From the sequence record OQ722176.1: DNA of 64,000 nucleotides. One strand, given 5' to 3'. The notes beneath the pieces were generated by a model, which saw only the letters and a program-made list of their open reading frames with translations, was not told where the DNA came from and ran no database searches. Positions within the stretch are counted from its first letter, which is position 1. Every line of letters begins with the position of its first letter. A program made the translations under genes and the position numbers. Positions 53,291-61,757 of this stretch are shown here, one piece after another.

Positions 53291-53341
53291 AAAAAGCCCC
53301 GTTAATGTTCGCAAATAGTAACATTATTACGGGGCTTTTTT
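53291..53341. terminator. Long bidirectional-type hairpin terminator
   Basis: AAAAAGCCCCGT/ACGGGGCTTTTT outer stem and TAATGTT/AACATTA inner stem. Confidence 0.8.
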
Positions 53342-53349
53342 AGGTTTGT

Positions 53350-53357
53350 AATAAATA
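53350..53357 (+). promoter_or_regulatory. Late-type promoter
   Basis: AATAAATA, one mismatch to TATAAATA, 21 nt before ATG, directly after terminator. Confidence 0.6.
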
Positions 53358-53378
53358 CAAGTAAACTGAGGGAAGGCA

Positions 53379-54494
53379 ATGAAAAATCTAAAATCTTTTA
53401 TGGAAGAGCTTCAGCTAGTTACTGAAGTCTTCATTCGTGGCGGTCGACCACGAAACGGTTCAAAGGTGCTTGCTAACGGCAAGAACATTTGGGTGTGGAA
53501 CAACGATAGAGAGTTCGAACGACTTGCGCCATTCATCAATCGTGAGCTAGGTACAGACTTCGACGAAGAATACGACGTTGATCAGTGGTACGAAGAAGGG
53601 GCACAAGCGGTATACGCGACGATTGAGAACGGCAGACTAGACATGATAGGCAACTCGTCTTACCGCCCGGCTGTAACGTCTGACACGCTTCGTAAGACGA
53701 TTAAAGCTCTTAATCTGAACGGCGTTACACGTCGCACGCAATCATTCAACCCAGATTACGATGAAGTTGAACACGATTTCGAGACCAGTCGTTATGAATT
53801 TAACAAGAAGCTGGCACAGAAAACGTTCTATCACGGCACATCGACTACATTCATCGAGTCTATGCTAAAGTTCGGCTTGAAACCAAACCCAGGCGAAACT
53901 CAATTTGATAACATTGAGCATCAAGACAAAGTTTTCATCACAACTGAACTTGATAAAGCAATGTTCCACGCGACTCACTCAGCGAACAAAAACAACTCGT
54001 TCCCGGTGATTATTGAGCTACGCATCCCAGATGAAAGTAAGCTCGTGTCAGACTATGACGTTGTAATTGATACAATGGGTGCTGATTCAGATCAAGCAAT
54101 GGAACTTGGCTACTCAGACATTTTCTATCAGTTACCGAATTATCGCGGTGATGGTAGTAAATACGATGATATGCATCAACGATTTGGCAAGAGACTAGAC
54201 AAGTTGAGTACTCGCGTCGGTATCTTCGGATACAAAGGTCGTATTCCTGCCAGTCATTTCAATTTCATATTCGCTGACGGTGACGTTATCGAAGAGTCTA
54301 TGCCAGAAATGTATTGGGAAATGGACGGCGAATTTGATATGTCAGAAATGCGCACAGAATCGGTAAACCATCGTTCATTCGATTACTGGGATCAATACAA
54401 ACCAGAGAAATTCATTGCACACTTCGAAGGGCTTTGGGATGACCTCAAAGACGAATATGAAGAAGATGAAGACGAAGACGAAGATTGGGACTAA
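53379..54494 (+). CDS. Probable capsid-packaged protein with ADP-ribosyltransferase (Tpt1/KptA- or PARP-like) fold
   Basis: N-terminus MKNLKSFMEE resembles the T4 capsid-targeting sequence; FYHGTS...I..M...GL.P...VFIT...A..HA...PVIIEL; acidic tail. Confidence 0.6.
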   Translation: MKNLKSFMEELQLVTEVFIRGGRPRNGSKVLANGKNIWVWNNDREFERLAPFINRELGTDFDEEYDVDQWYEEGAQAVYATIENGRLDMIGNSSYRPAVTSDTLRKTIKALNLNGVTRRTQSFNPDYDEVEHDFETSRYEFNKKLAQKTFYHGTSTTFIESMLKFGLKPNPGETQFDNIEHQDKVFITTELDKAMFHATHSANKNNSFPVIIELRIPDESKLVSDYDVVIDTMGADSDQAMELGYSDIFYQLPNYRGDGSKYDDMHQRFGKRLDKLSTRVGIFGYKGRIPASHFNFIFADGDVIEESMPEMYWEMDGEFDMSEMRTESVNHRSFDYWDQYKPEKFIAHFEGLWDDLKDEYEEDEDEDEDWD

Positions 54495-54499
54495 ATACT

Positions 54500-54524
54500 A
54501 GGGAGCAATAACGCTCCCTTTTTT
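54500..54524 (+). terminator. Intrinsic terminator
   Basis: AGGGAGC-AATAAC-GCTCCCT plus T run. Confidence 0.8.
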
Positions 54525-54535
54525 AGGACTGAATC

Positions 54536-55021
54536 ATGTATAAATGCAAACATTTCTCAATTAAAGAGCTAGTTACGCCACAAATGCACGCTGCATACGG
54601 CGAACAGTGTTGGGCTCTTTTCGATGACCGTCTATTACGCACGCTAGACGCTCTCAGAGCACGCTTTGGTCCCTGCACCATAAACGATTGGAGTTGGGGC
54701 GGATCGTTCAAATACAGCGGTTTCAGAGACGAAAACTTCTATGGATCGACGGCAAAGTATCTTTCAAGTCGTTCTCAGCACAAATACGGTCGAGCAGCCG
54801 ATTGCAAATTCAGAAATCATAGTGCAGCAGATGTACGTAAATACATCTTAGAGAACCCAGACGAATTCCCTTATGTGAAATTCATTGAATGCGGGCCACT
54901 TGCAGACGGATCGGCAATGTCGTGGGTTCACATAGACGTACGTAACAGCGAAGAAGTTCAATGCTGGTCGCCGAAAGAAGGCTTCATTGACTCAAAAGAC
55001 GTAATTCGCAGAAAACTTTAG
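54536..55021 (+). CDS. Peptidase M15 family endolysin
   Basis: LD.LR..FG...IND...SGFR, SQHKYGRAAD, WVHIDVR zinc ligands. Confidence 0.88.
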   Translation: MYKCKHFSIKELVTPQMHAAYGEQCWALFDDRLLRTLDALRARFGPCTINDWSWGGSFKYSGFRDENFYGSTAKYLSSRSQHKYGRAADCKFRNHSAADVRKYILENPDEFPYVKFIECGPLADGSAMSWVHIDVRNSEEVQCWSPKEGFIDSKDVIRRKL

Positions 55022-55085
55022 TTTATCTGCCGTCATATTGCAGTTACTATAAATTTGTCAAACAACACAACAAAAGGTCTACTAC

Positions 55086-55790
55086 ATGGGCAAAAAGAAG
55101 AAAGAAGAACGCACAATTGAACGTGTCGAGTTACTGACTTTCAACCAAGAGCAATACGCTGAAGCATTGTGGGAAGAAGTAGCAGAAGACGGTTCAGGCG
55201 CATTCGTGTTTGCGATTGGTTCAGCGGGTACCGGTAAGACGTGGCTTGCAACTACTCTAGGCGCAGACATGTATTCTGCATTCGAATACACTCAATTCAT
55301 TATCTTGAAGCCAACACTTTCATGTGGCGAAGAACTTGGTTACTTGCCGGGTACGCTTGAAGAGAAAATGGAACCGTGGATTCAAACTGTGACTCAGCCA
55401 TTGAAAGACCGACTAGGCGCAGACAAATTCAAATGCGACTGGAACAAGCGCATTCACGCTGAACCTATTCAGTTCGTTCGCGGTAAGACTTTCGACAACT
55501 GCTTTATTGTCGTTGACGAAGCTCAGAACTTAACCAAGACTGAAATTCAGACTATCATGACTCGTATCGGTGAGAATACGAAAATGGTCTTCTGTGGCGA
55601 CTTGAAACAAGACGACCATAAGATGATCTATCGTACTGGTCAGAAAGAAGTTAGTGGTCTAGCGTGGATGGTTAACGAAATTCGTACGCAACAGCGTGCA
55701 GGTATCGAGATCATTGAATTCACGAACAAAGACGTTGTACGTTCTGGTGCGTGTAAGCTTGCTCTTGACATCATCGACAAGGCAGATTAA
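55086..55790 (+). CDS. phoH: PhoH-family ATPase
   Basis: GSAGTGKT, LGYLPG...EK..PW, RG.TF...VDEAQN, TRIG..K...GD..Q. Confidence 0.92.
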   Translation: MGKKKKEERTIERVELLTFNQEQYAEALWEEVAEDGSGAFVFAIGSAGTGKTWLATTLGADMYSAFEYTQFIILKPTLSCGEELGYLPGTLEEKMEPWIQTVTQPLKDRLGADKFKCDWNKRIHAEPIQFVRGKTFDNCFIVVDEAQNLTKTEIQTIMTRIGENTKMVFCGDLKQDDHKMIYRTGQKEVSGLAWMVNEIRTQQRAGIEIIEFTNKDVVRSGACKLALDIIDKAD

Positions 55791-56095
55791 TGAAACTTAT
55801 TGACAACAAGACAGTTAAAATAATCGACATCGGCAATTTCAACAAGCTAGTCAAGCACTGGTATTCGACTGAAGATAAGCAAACTCCCGTTGAGCTTCTT
55901 CTAGAAGAAGGTGAAATTGTTAACATCAAAGTATACAATGACCCAACTGTACCGGGCGGCGTGTACTCAAGCATTACAAAAACTTCGAAGCATTACACGA
56001 CCGTTCTAGGTTCATTGCTTCAAGACCGTAAAGCTCCCGATTACGATATGAAAAATGATCGTCATCGAATTCAGGTAACGACAAAACTTAACTAA
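55790..56095 (+). CDS. Hypothetical protein
   Basis: TAATG overlap. Confidence 0.7.
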   Translation: MKLIDNKTVKIIDIGNFNKLVKHWYSTEDKQTPVELLLEEGEIVNIKVYNDPTVPGGVYSSITKTSKHYTTVLGSLLQDRKAPDYDMKNDRHRIQVTTKLN

Positions 56096-56097
56096 TC

Positions 56098-56121
56098 AAA
56101 GCGCCTTCGGGCGCTTTTTTT
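56098..56121 (+). terminator. Intrinsic terminator with C(UUCG)G loop
   Basis: AAAGCGCC-TTCG-GGCGCTTT plus T run. Confidence 0.9.
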
Positions 56122-56164
56122 GTTTAGAATGACTCTTATTTGAAGTAAAATATCAAGACGGGAG

Positions 56165-56386
56165 GTGTCGATGAAAGAAACACAACAATTGAAAGTTCGC
56201 TGTTCTATTCAAATCGCAGAACAACTAAAGCAGTTACCCGAATTTCGTGATATGTCTGTCACGAAAATCTTCCACACAATATCTACAGATTATCTCAACA
56301 AGAGTGCGATTCAGCACGTCGGGGCGATTAATGGACAGAGCAGAAATCATCATTCCAACGAAAAGCGTTCGGAATGCGGGGTATGA
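56165..56386 (+). CDS. Possible ribbon-helix-helix DNA-binding protein
   Basis: GGAGG RBS; QQLKVRC...AEQLK...S..KIF...I..YL pattern; weak. Confidence 0.5.
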   Translation: MSMKETQQLKVRCSIQIAEQLKQLPEFRDMSVTKIFHTISTDYLNKSAIQHVGAINGQSRNHHSNEKRSECGV

Positions 56387-57062
56387 ATTTGAAGTGATCG
56401 ATACTAGCAAACTTGATCACTATCACGTGCGCTGTGTAACAAACACGCTGTACGACAATAGAATCAAAGGTTCAAAACTAGACGGCTTTAGAGCAGAAAT
56501 CACGTTGATGGATGCAGAGTCGTTGATATTTCTGAACTCGATGAATCTATATGCTAACTTCACTGAATCTAACAGAGCCAACAACGGCATGAAACGTATC
56601 AAATCGGCACGATACGACTATCATCATTATTATCAAGAGCAAGAAGACTGGTTTAAATCAATTCTCAGACAGAATAAAGTCAAAGTGAAATACACAGACG
56701 GCGAGACGCGAGAAAAATTACCGACGTTTTACACGTGCGGTTTACGGCTATCTAACGTAAGACGTTCAGCCGATAAAGCATGTGCAATGCTTGTTCTAGA
56801 TGAGAACCAGAAACCCAAGCTGTATGCGTTCGCAATCGGTAAATTGCGATACGTTGTAGACGCATACGATAAGACCGCGAACCTTAACTGTCCGGCGCAG
56901 ATCGGGAAGAAGACGGTTGACGTTATTGAGTGTTTAGACTATAATGATGAAGACGATTGGAATGACGAAAATGAACTCGAAGAAGTTCACAAAAAGATTG
57001 TTATTCCAGATGTATCCGATTTAGATAAAGTATTAATGTCATTAGACGAAGAAGAGTTTTAA
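56331..57062 (+). CDS. Hypothetical protein
   Basis: GGGG RBS before ATG 56331; acidic C-terminus. Confidence 0.75.
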   Translation: MDRAEIIIPTKSVRNAGYEFEVIDTSKLDHYHVRCVTNTLYDNRIKGSKLDGFRAEITLMDAESLIFLNSMNLYANFTESNRANNGMKRIKSARYDYHHYYQEQEDWFKSILRQNKVKVKYTDGETREKLPTFYTCGLRLSNVRRSADKACAMLVLDENQKPKLYAFAIGKLRYVVDAYDKTANLNCPAQIGKKTVDVIECLDYNDEDDWNDENELEEVHKKIVIPDVSDLDKVLMSLDEEEF

Positions 57063-57064
57063 TT

Positions 57065-57364
57065 ATGAAAGAAGTATCAGTTACCAACTACAACACAACA
57101 TCAGACCTGGCCCTTGATATTGCAGCATATGCATCACTATTAGTCAAGCTTGGATATGATGATTGTGTCACAAATCAGAAACTCTTTGTAGAAATGTGCA
57201 ACGAAGCAGGATTTAGAACAACTACTGGCAAAGAATTCACACAGATGTCATTTCGACAGATGTTTGCCAGACTTCCACGTGGTGTTAAACGTGAAGTTCG
57301 TGAAACGTTCTCGTGGGGAAATATTCCGACGAGTGAATCAATCTTAGAAAGCATTTATGTATAG
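57065..57364 (+). CDS. asiA: Anti-sigma70 factor AsiA
   Basis: I...ASLLVKL..DD.V.N...F....NE.G...G....Q.SFR.....L aligns by eye to T4 AsiA; same position next to distal fibre/lysis genes. Confidence 0.8.
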   Translation: MKEVSVTNYNTTSDLALDIAAYASLLVKLGYDDCVTNQKLFVEMCNEAGFRTTTGKEFTQMSFRQMFARLPRGVKREVRETFSWGNIPTSESILESIYV

Positions 57365-57371
57365 GTAAATT

Positions 57372-57668
57372 ATGGAATTTGGAAATGCGTTAGCATCGTT
57401 AAAAGCAGGTCGAAAACTCTCACGTGAGGGTTGGAATGGTAAGGGTATGTTCATTGTGTTAATGCCCGCACTTTACTTGCCGCCTTTTAATACACAAGAC
57501 ACAATGCGTAAAGTGAATGACCGTACTGCAAAACATATCGGCGAAGACACGCCTTTAGATAGCCAACCGTATATCGCTATGTTTACGGCTGAACAAAAAT
57601 GGCAACCGGGCTGGGTTGCGTCTCAAGCAGACATTCTAGCCGACGATTGGATTGTACACGAAGAATAA
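57372..57668 (+). CDS. tad2: DUF2829 / Tad2-like anti-Thoeris signal sponge
   Basis: FG.AL..LK.G.K..R.GWNGKGMF...PW/GW.ASQ.DILA.DW signature. Confidence 0.8.
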   Translation: MEFGNALASLKAGRKLSREGWNGKGMFIVLMPALYLPPFNTQDTMRKVNDRTAKHIGEDTPLDSQPYIAMFTAEQKWQPGWVASQADILADDWIVHEE

Positions 57669-57670
57669 AG

Positions 57671-57699
57671 AAAAGGAGAGCAATTGCTCTCCTTTTTTT
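57671..57699. terminator. Bidirectional terminator between convergent units
   Basis: AAAAGGAGAGC-AATT-GCTCTCCTTTT plus further Ts. Confidence 0.85.
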
Positions 57700-57702
57700 C
57701 GG

Positions 57703-58278
57703 TCACTGTACGTTCTTAGTTCGTGTGTCAATCTCGTTAACTTTCGTCTCAAGATTATCAATACGAGTATTAAGTAATTTCCCATCTTTCCCCGTAAATC
57801 GGTCAGATGAGTCAACGTTAATTAATGTCTCGACTCTGGCTAAATCAGTCTCAATTTTAGAGTATCTTGTATGGGTACCGTCTATCTTAGTCATGATCGC
57901 GCTTTGGGTTGTTTTAAGACCTTCAACTGAATTTACTAGATTTTTGTCGCCCAATTCCGAAGAACTCCTCAATGCTTTTACTTCGCTTTCAATACTACCA
58001 TATTTCACTAGCATTTCATCTTGCTTCTTAACTATAATGGCTTGCGCCCCTTCTAGTCCGATCAATTGTTGTGCTTGTGTCGCGTTTGTTAGTTTGATGT
58101 CAGTCATTTCTTGCATTATTTTAGCGTTTTGCTCAACTGCGGTCTTGCCTTGTTCTTGTACAACTTGTAATGCTTCCTGCATACTACCGTAGTTAGTCGC
58201 CACGCTCATTGAGGTGATAGCCAGAGGGATAAGAATCGTACCGATCACAGCTAATAACAATTGTGCTGCTTTGCTCAT
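57703..58278 (-). CDS. Late membrane-anchored coiled-coil protein (holin T position)
   Basis: Single N-terminal TM then long heptads; own TATAAATA promoter. Confidence 0.7.
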   Translation of the reverse strand: MSKAAQLLLAVIGTILIPLAITSMSVATNYGSMQEALQVVQEQGKTAVEQNAKIMQEMTDIKLTNATQAQQLIGLEGAQAIIVKKQDEMLVKYGSIESEVKALRSSSELGDKNLVNSVEGLKTTQSAIMTKIDGTHTRYSKIETDLARVETLINVDSSDRFTGKDGKLLNTRIDNLETKVNEIDTRTKNVQ

Positions 58279-58323
58279 AGTATTGGTTCCTATGTTCGTT
58301 TCTTATTCTCTGACTGTCAACTG

Positions 58324-58331
58324 TATTTATA
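58324..58331 (-). promoter_or_regulatory. T4-type late promoter
   Basis: Perfect TATAAATA on minus strand. Confidence 0.8.
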
Positions 58332-58337
58332 CTTCTA

Positions 58338-59356
58338 TCAGCGAAGTAAGCGTTTCCACCACGGACGTTTAAGTTCTTTCACTTCAGATTGAAGTTCTTC
58401 AACTTTTCCATTAAGCTCGTTGATTGCGTTAATCAATAGAGCAGTCATGTTACCGTAGTCTACACTCAACATCCCTTCAGAATCTTCGCGTACGACTTCA
58501 GGAAGCACTTTCTGAACGTCTTGAGCAATCACACCCGCGTAGCGTGTATCAGGGTTTACATCGTCGATACGACTGTATGTGTAACCTTTAAGCTGACTGA
58601 CTTTGCCGATAGCGTTGTCAATCTCTTCCAAGTTATCTTTCAATCGTTTATCTGAGTAAGCCGTGATGTTAGCTAGAGCAGTGAATGAACCATCAACGTC
58701 AAATGTGAAGTACTTGCTGTTTTTACCAACCCATAGACGAGTCTGACCAGTTTGGTCGAGTACATCCATTGCGTTTAGTCGAGCACCAGCCGTATCTTTG
58801 TAACGCCACAAGTATGATGCAGTTGAACCAGTAGTCGGTCCGCCGCCCATTTCAATGTATGCGTTTTTATCAATACCCCATGTGGTGTGCGCACCTTTAC
58901 GAATACCAATCGAATCGTTGTTTCCAAGAGACCCAACTGAGATCAGCGTATCGTGTCTCAACACACCAGCACTACCGCAGTAGATACCCGTTGAAAACTG
59001 ACTATGTGGGTTCAATCTCAACCAAGAGTCATTGCTACCACCAATCGCTGTCTTGCCGTTGTAAGTCACACCTAGACCAGAAGTAGTTCCCGTCGCGTTA
59101 AACGTAGTACTAGTCAATGTACCACCAACCACAGACAAGTTGCCAGCCGATGAACAATCTAGACGAATATCATAATCGGCTGTGCTGTTAGTTGTGTGGA
59201 AGTCGATGTATCGAGCAACTTCTAGAACACCAGATGATGTTACTTTTGCAAGGTACTTGTTGATGATACCCGCGAATGTTTGAGTAGTCGAGAACTCAGT
59301 ATTCTGTGCGAATCTAGAGTTTGATTCAGACTCAGTATAGTAACGACCATCATGCG
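58338..59356 (-). pseudogene. C-terminal half of long tail fibre A with peptidase S74 chaperone, out of frame as sequenced
   Basis: YIDFH...DY..RL, AYSD.RLK.N...GYTY...AGVIAQ....VDYG; no independent start; in frame with 61686 once 52 bp are removed. Confidence 0.75.
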
Positions 59357-59418
59357 TGTGCGAATCTAGAGTTTGATTCAGACTCAGTATAGTAACGACC
59401 ATCATGCGTGTGCGAATC
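59305..59418. repeat. Exact 52-bp tandem duplication (2 units plus 10-bp microhomology)
   Basis: Units start at 59305 and 59357; TGTGCGAATC recurs at 59409. Confidence 0.95.
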
Positions 59419-61686
59419 GTTAGCAACTGTAACTGCCAATGTAACGTTTGAGCTACCATTGATAGACACCGAACCAGTTGCATCACCTGATAGAGACAAC
59501 GTTCTAGCAGTTGTCCATGTATCTGCATTCGGGTGGTAGTTGTCCATGAACACTCGCTGACCAACTGCATTTGATGTAGTATCAGACGTGTTGTTCTTGT
59601 AACCATACCACAATTGAGTCATTGCAGACCCATCAGCGAATGAATACAATGAGTGTCTATATTTCGAGCCGCCGTTATGACCCCACTGAATCCAGTTGAT
59701 GAATGATGTCGTCGGAGCACCGGCAACTGAGCTAGATGAACCAGTTACAAAATCATCAGTCTGAGTATTCCAGTTCTGGCTTTTCGGTCTCAAATTGTTG
59801 TGGTTATGACTGTTATCAGCAACAGCAACTGACAACGTAGCATTAGCTGAACCGTCCCATGAAACTGAACCACTCGCATCACCAGATAGTGTTAGAGTTC
59901 TTGCAGTACCCCACTTCGCAGTTGTAATATCCGCAGTACCATTGAATGAAGTACCATTGATCAAACGTCCAGTCGTTAGACGGTCTGCATTTGGGTGATA
60001 TGCGTCGTGGAATACAGTGTTACTACCGTATTTCAACGTGCCGTTAACAGCAGACAATACCCCATCAATACCCCAGAAATTCGGATGATAGTTTCCACCC
60101 GTATCAACGAATTCATGATATACCTCAACAACGTAGTTCGATGTATGCCACGTTGAAACAGCAGGATCCCCATCAGCATCAATGAAGAAACGAATACGGT
60201 TACTGCTTGAACCACTCTGAGTAGTATTAATAACCGACCATGCACCATTTATATTCGTGAACGTTGCACTAGATGCAGTATCCGTGGTACCTGTACCCGT
60301 TACAACACCTCGAACTCTAATAGACCCACGAGTGATTGCTGAACCATCTTGATCTAGCAATTTAGCAGGCGCGTTTATGTTTACACTATGATCGCGTCTG
60401 TACTTGTACATTGCACCGTAGATGTCGCCCGTAATCTCTTTGGCAGTCCATGTAACATTACCAGTCCCGTCTACTGTCTTACCAGTTGCACCGATTGTTA
60501 GAGTACGAGCAGTCGTCCACTTAGCCGCAGATGATGCAGTAGATGCGTTACCTACAAGATCGCCGACAAAGTTCTGTGCGGTCACATCAGCAGCAAAATA
60601 AGCACCGCCACCAAAGTTAACCCAGAATGGGTATGTGATACCACCATCAGGCGAGTATGCAAGAGAGCCGCCAGTTCCTGAGTGCAATATCAAAGGCGTA
60701 CCGGCTGGTTCAGTTATACCATTACCGCCAATAGGGAAAGCTGACATACCATGAAGCGAATCATTCACAGCTACAGTTGGGCTACTATCAGACTCAGTGA
60801 AGAAGTATTTCCCAGTAATTGTGTCGCCGGTTACGTTTGCAAAACGAGCATCAGATTCTGTCTCAGTGTAGTATCGACCGTCATGCGTATGTGAATCGTT
60901 CGCTACAGTCGCTGTAACGGTCACAGTCGCGTTAGCCGACCCATCTATAGACATAGACGCAGAACCCGTCACATCGCCCGTTAGAGTCGTTGTGAGCGTG
61001 CGTGCAGTAGTCCACTTATCTGCATTTGGGTGATACCCGTCATGAAACACATTGTTGTTTTTGTATTTCAGAACAGCAGTTGTTGCCAATAGACCATCAG
61101 TCGTAGTTGTACCCACTTGTAACTGACCATCAGTTCTGATATTCGACGCACCAAAGTAAACGCCTTGCGTGAATGTAAGCTGATCGTTGATACGTAGCCA
61201 AGAATCGAATCCACGAAATGCTGTTTTCGAGTTGATGTCGATATTTTCAATCATGAAGTTCGCGGCAGTCGCATCAATACGGAAACGAGTTGTTGCAGTG
61301 TCGTTCTCACGAACGCTGAAATTGCCACCATCGTTGATTAGATACCAACGCTTCGTACCGTCATTATCTTGAAGCAATAGACGCGGAGAACTACCACGGA
61401 TTTCAATTTCATTTGCCGTGTTAGTCAGTTTACCGGTCATTGTATCACCGATCTTCTGAACGTAACCACCTCCCGCTATAGGGGCGAATCGTGCATCAGC
61501 TTCAGTCTTTGTAAACGCCGAAGTCGTACCACCGTTACCTAGTTCGCCTGGCAGTGGTGTGTCGTGTTCTGTGTAAATTTTGTAGCCTTGGTACAGAATC
61601 GTATCGCCTTGCGGATCAAAGCGAAGATTGCCTCCGTGCCAGACTATGTTACCACCAATTGCGGTAGTTGATCTTAGTTCTGCCAT
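59350..61686 (-). CDS. Long tail fibre A, N-terminal 778 aa (gp36-like start); 1098 aa if the duplication is removed
   Basis: MAELRSTTAIGGNIVWHGGNL...P.GD..LY..YKIY.E resembles T4 gp36; repeated KWTTARTL.L.GD..GS.S.DGS.N.TL.V.VA.DSH.H modules. Confidence 0.85.
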   Translation of the reverse strand: MAELRSTTAIGGNIVWHGGNLRFDPQGDTILYQGYKIYTEHDTPLPGELGNGGTTSAFTKTEADARFAPIAGGGYVQKIGDTMTGKLTNTANEIEIRGSSPRLLLQDNDGTKRWYLINDGGNFSVRENDTATTRFRIDATAANFMIENIDINSKTAFRGFDSWLRINDQLTFTQGVYFGASNIRTDGQLQVGTTTTDGLLATTAVLKYKNNNVFHDGYHPNADKWTTARTLTTTLTGDVTGSASMSIDGSANATVTVTATVANDSHTHDGRYYTETESDARFANVTGDTITGKYFFTESDSSPTVAVNDSLHGMSAFPIGGNGITEPAGTPLILHSGTGGSLAYSPDGGITYPFWVNFGGGAYFAADVTAQNFVGDLVGNASTASSAAKWTTARTLTIGATGKTVDGTGNVTWTAKEITGDIYGAMYKYRRDHSVNINAPAKLLDQDGSAITRGSIRVRGVVTGTGTTDTASSATFTNINGAWSVINTTQSGSSSNRIRFFIDADGDPAVSTWHTSNYVVEVYHEFVDTGGNYHPNFWGIDGVLSAVNGTLKYGSNTVFHDAYHPNADRLTTGRLINGTSFNGTADITTAKWGTARTLTLSGDASGSVSWDGSANATLSVAVADNSHNHNNLRPKSQNWNTQTDDFVTGSSSSVAGAPTTSFINWIQWGHNGGSKYRHSLYSFADGSAMTQLWYGYKNNTSDTTSNAVGQRVFMDNYHPNADTWTTARTLSLSGDATGSVSINGSSNVTLAVTVANDSHTHDGRYYTESESNSRFAHA

Positions 61687-61716
61687 GTTATTTTCTCATT
61701 GAGTACATTTATCATG

Positions 61717-61724
61717 TATTTATG
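61717..61724 (-). promoter_or_regulatory. T4-type late promoter
   Basis: CATAAATA on minus strand, 30 nt before ATG. Confidence 0.7.
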
Positions 61725-61731
61725 CAGATAC

Positions 61732-61755
61732 AAAAAAAGCTCCCGAAGGAGCTTT
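61732..61755 (-). terminator. Intrinsic terminator with C(UUCG)G loop
   Basis: Minus strand AAAGCTCC-TTCG-GGAGCTTTTTTT. Confidence 0.88.
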
Positions 61756-61757
61756 AA

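Noticed and set aside
54491-54497. CTAAATA as a late promoter for the endolysin
   Set aside because: It deviates from consensus, overlaps the upstream stop codon and is followed by a terminator hairpin; not supportable without TSS data
58338-59606. ORF-track 422-aa protein as an independent gene
   Set aside because: Its first ~65 residues are an off-frame reading of fibre A with no RBS; the rest is the natural continuation of fibre A after the 52-bp duplication
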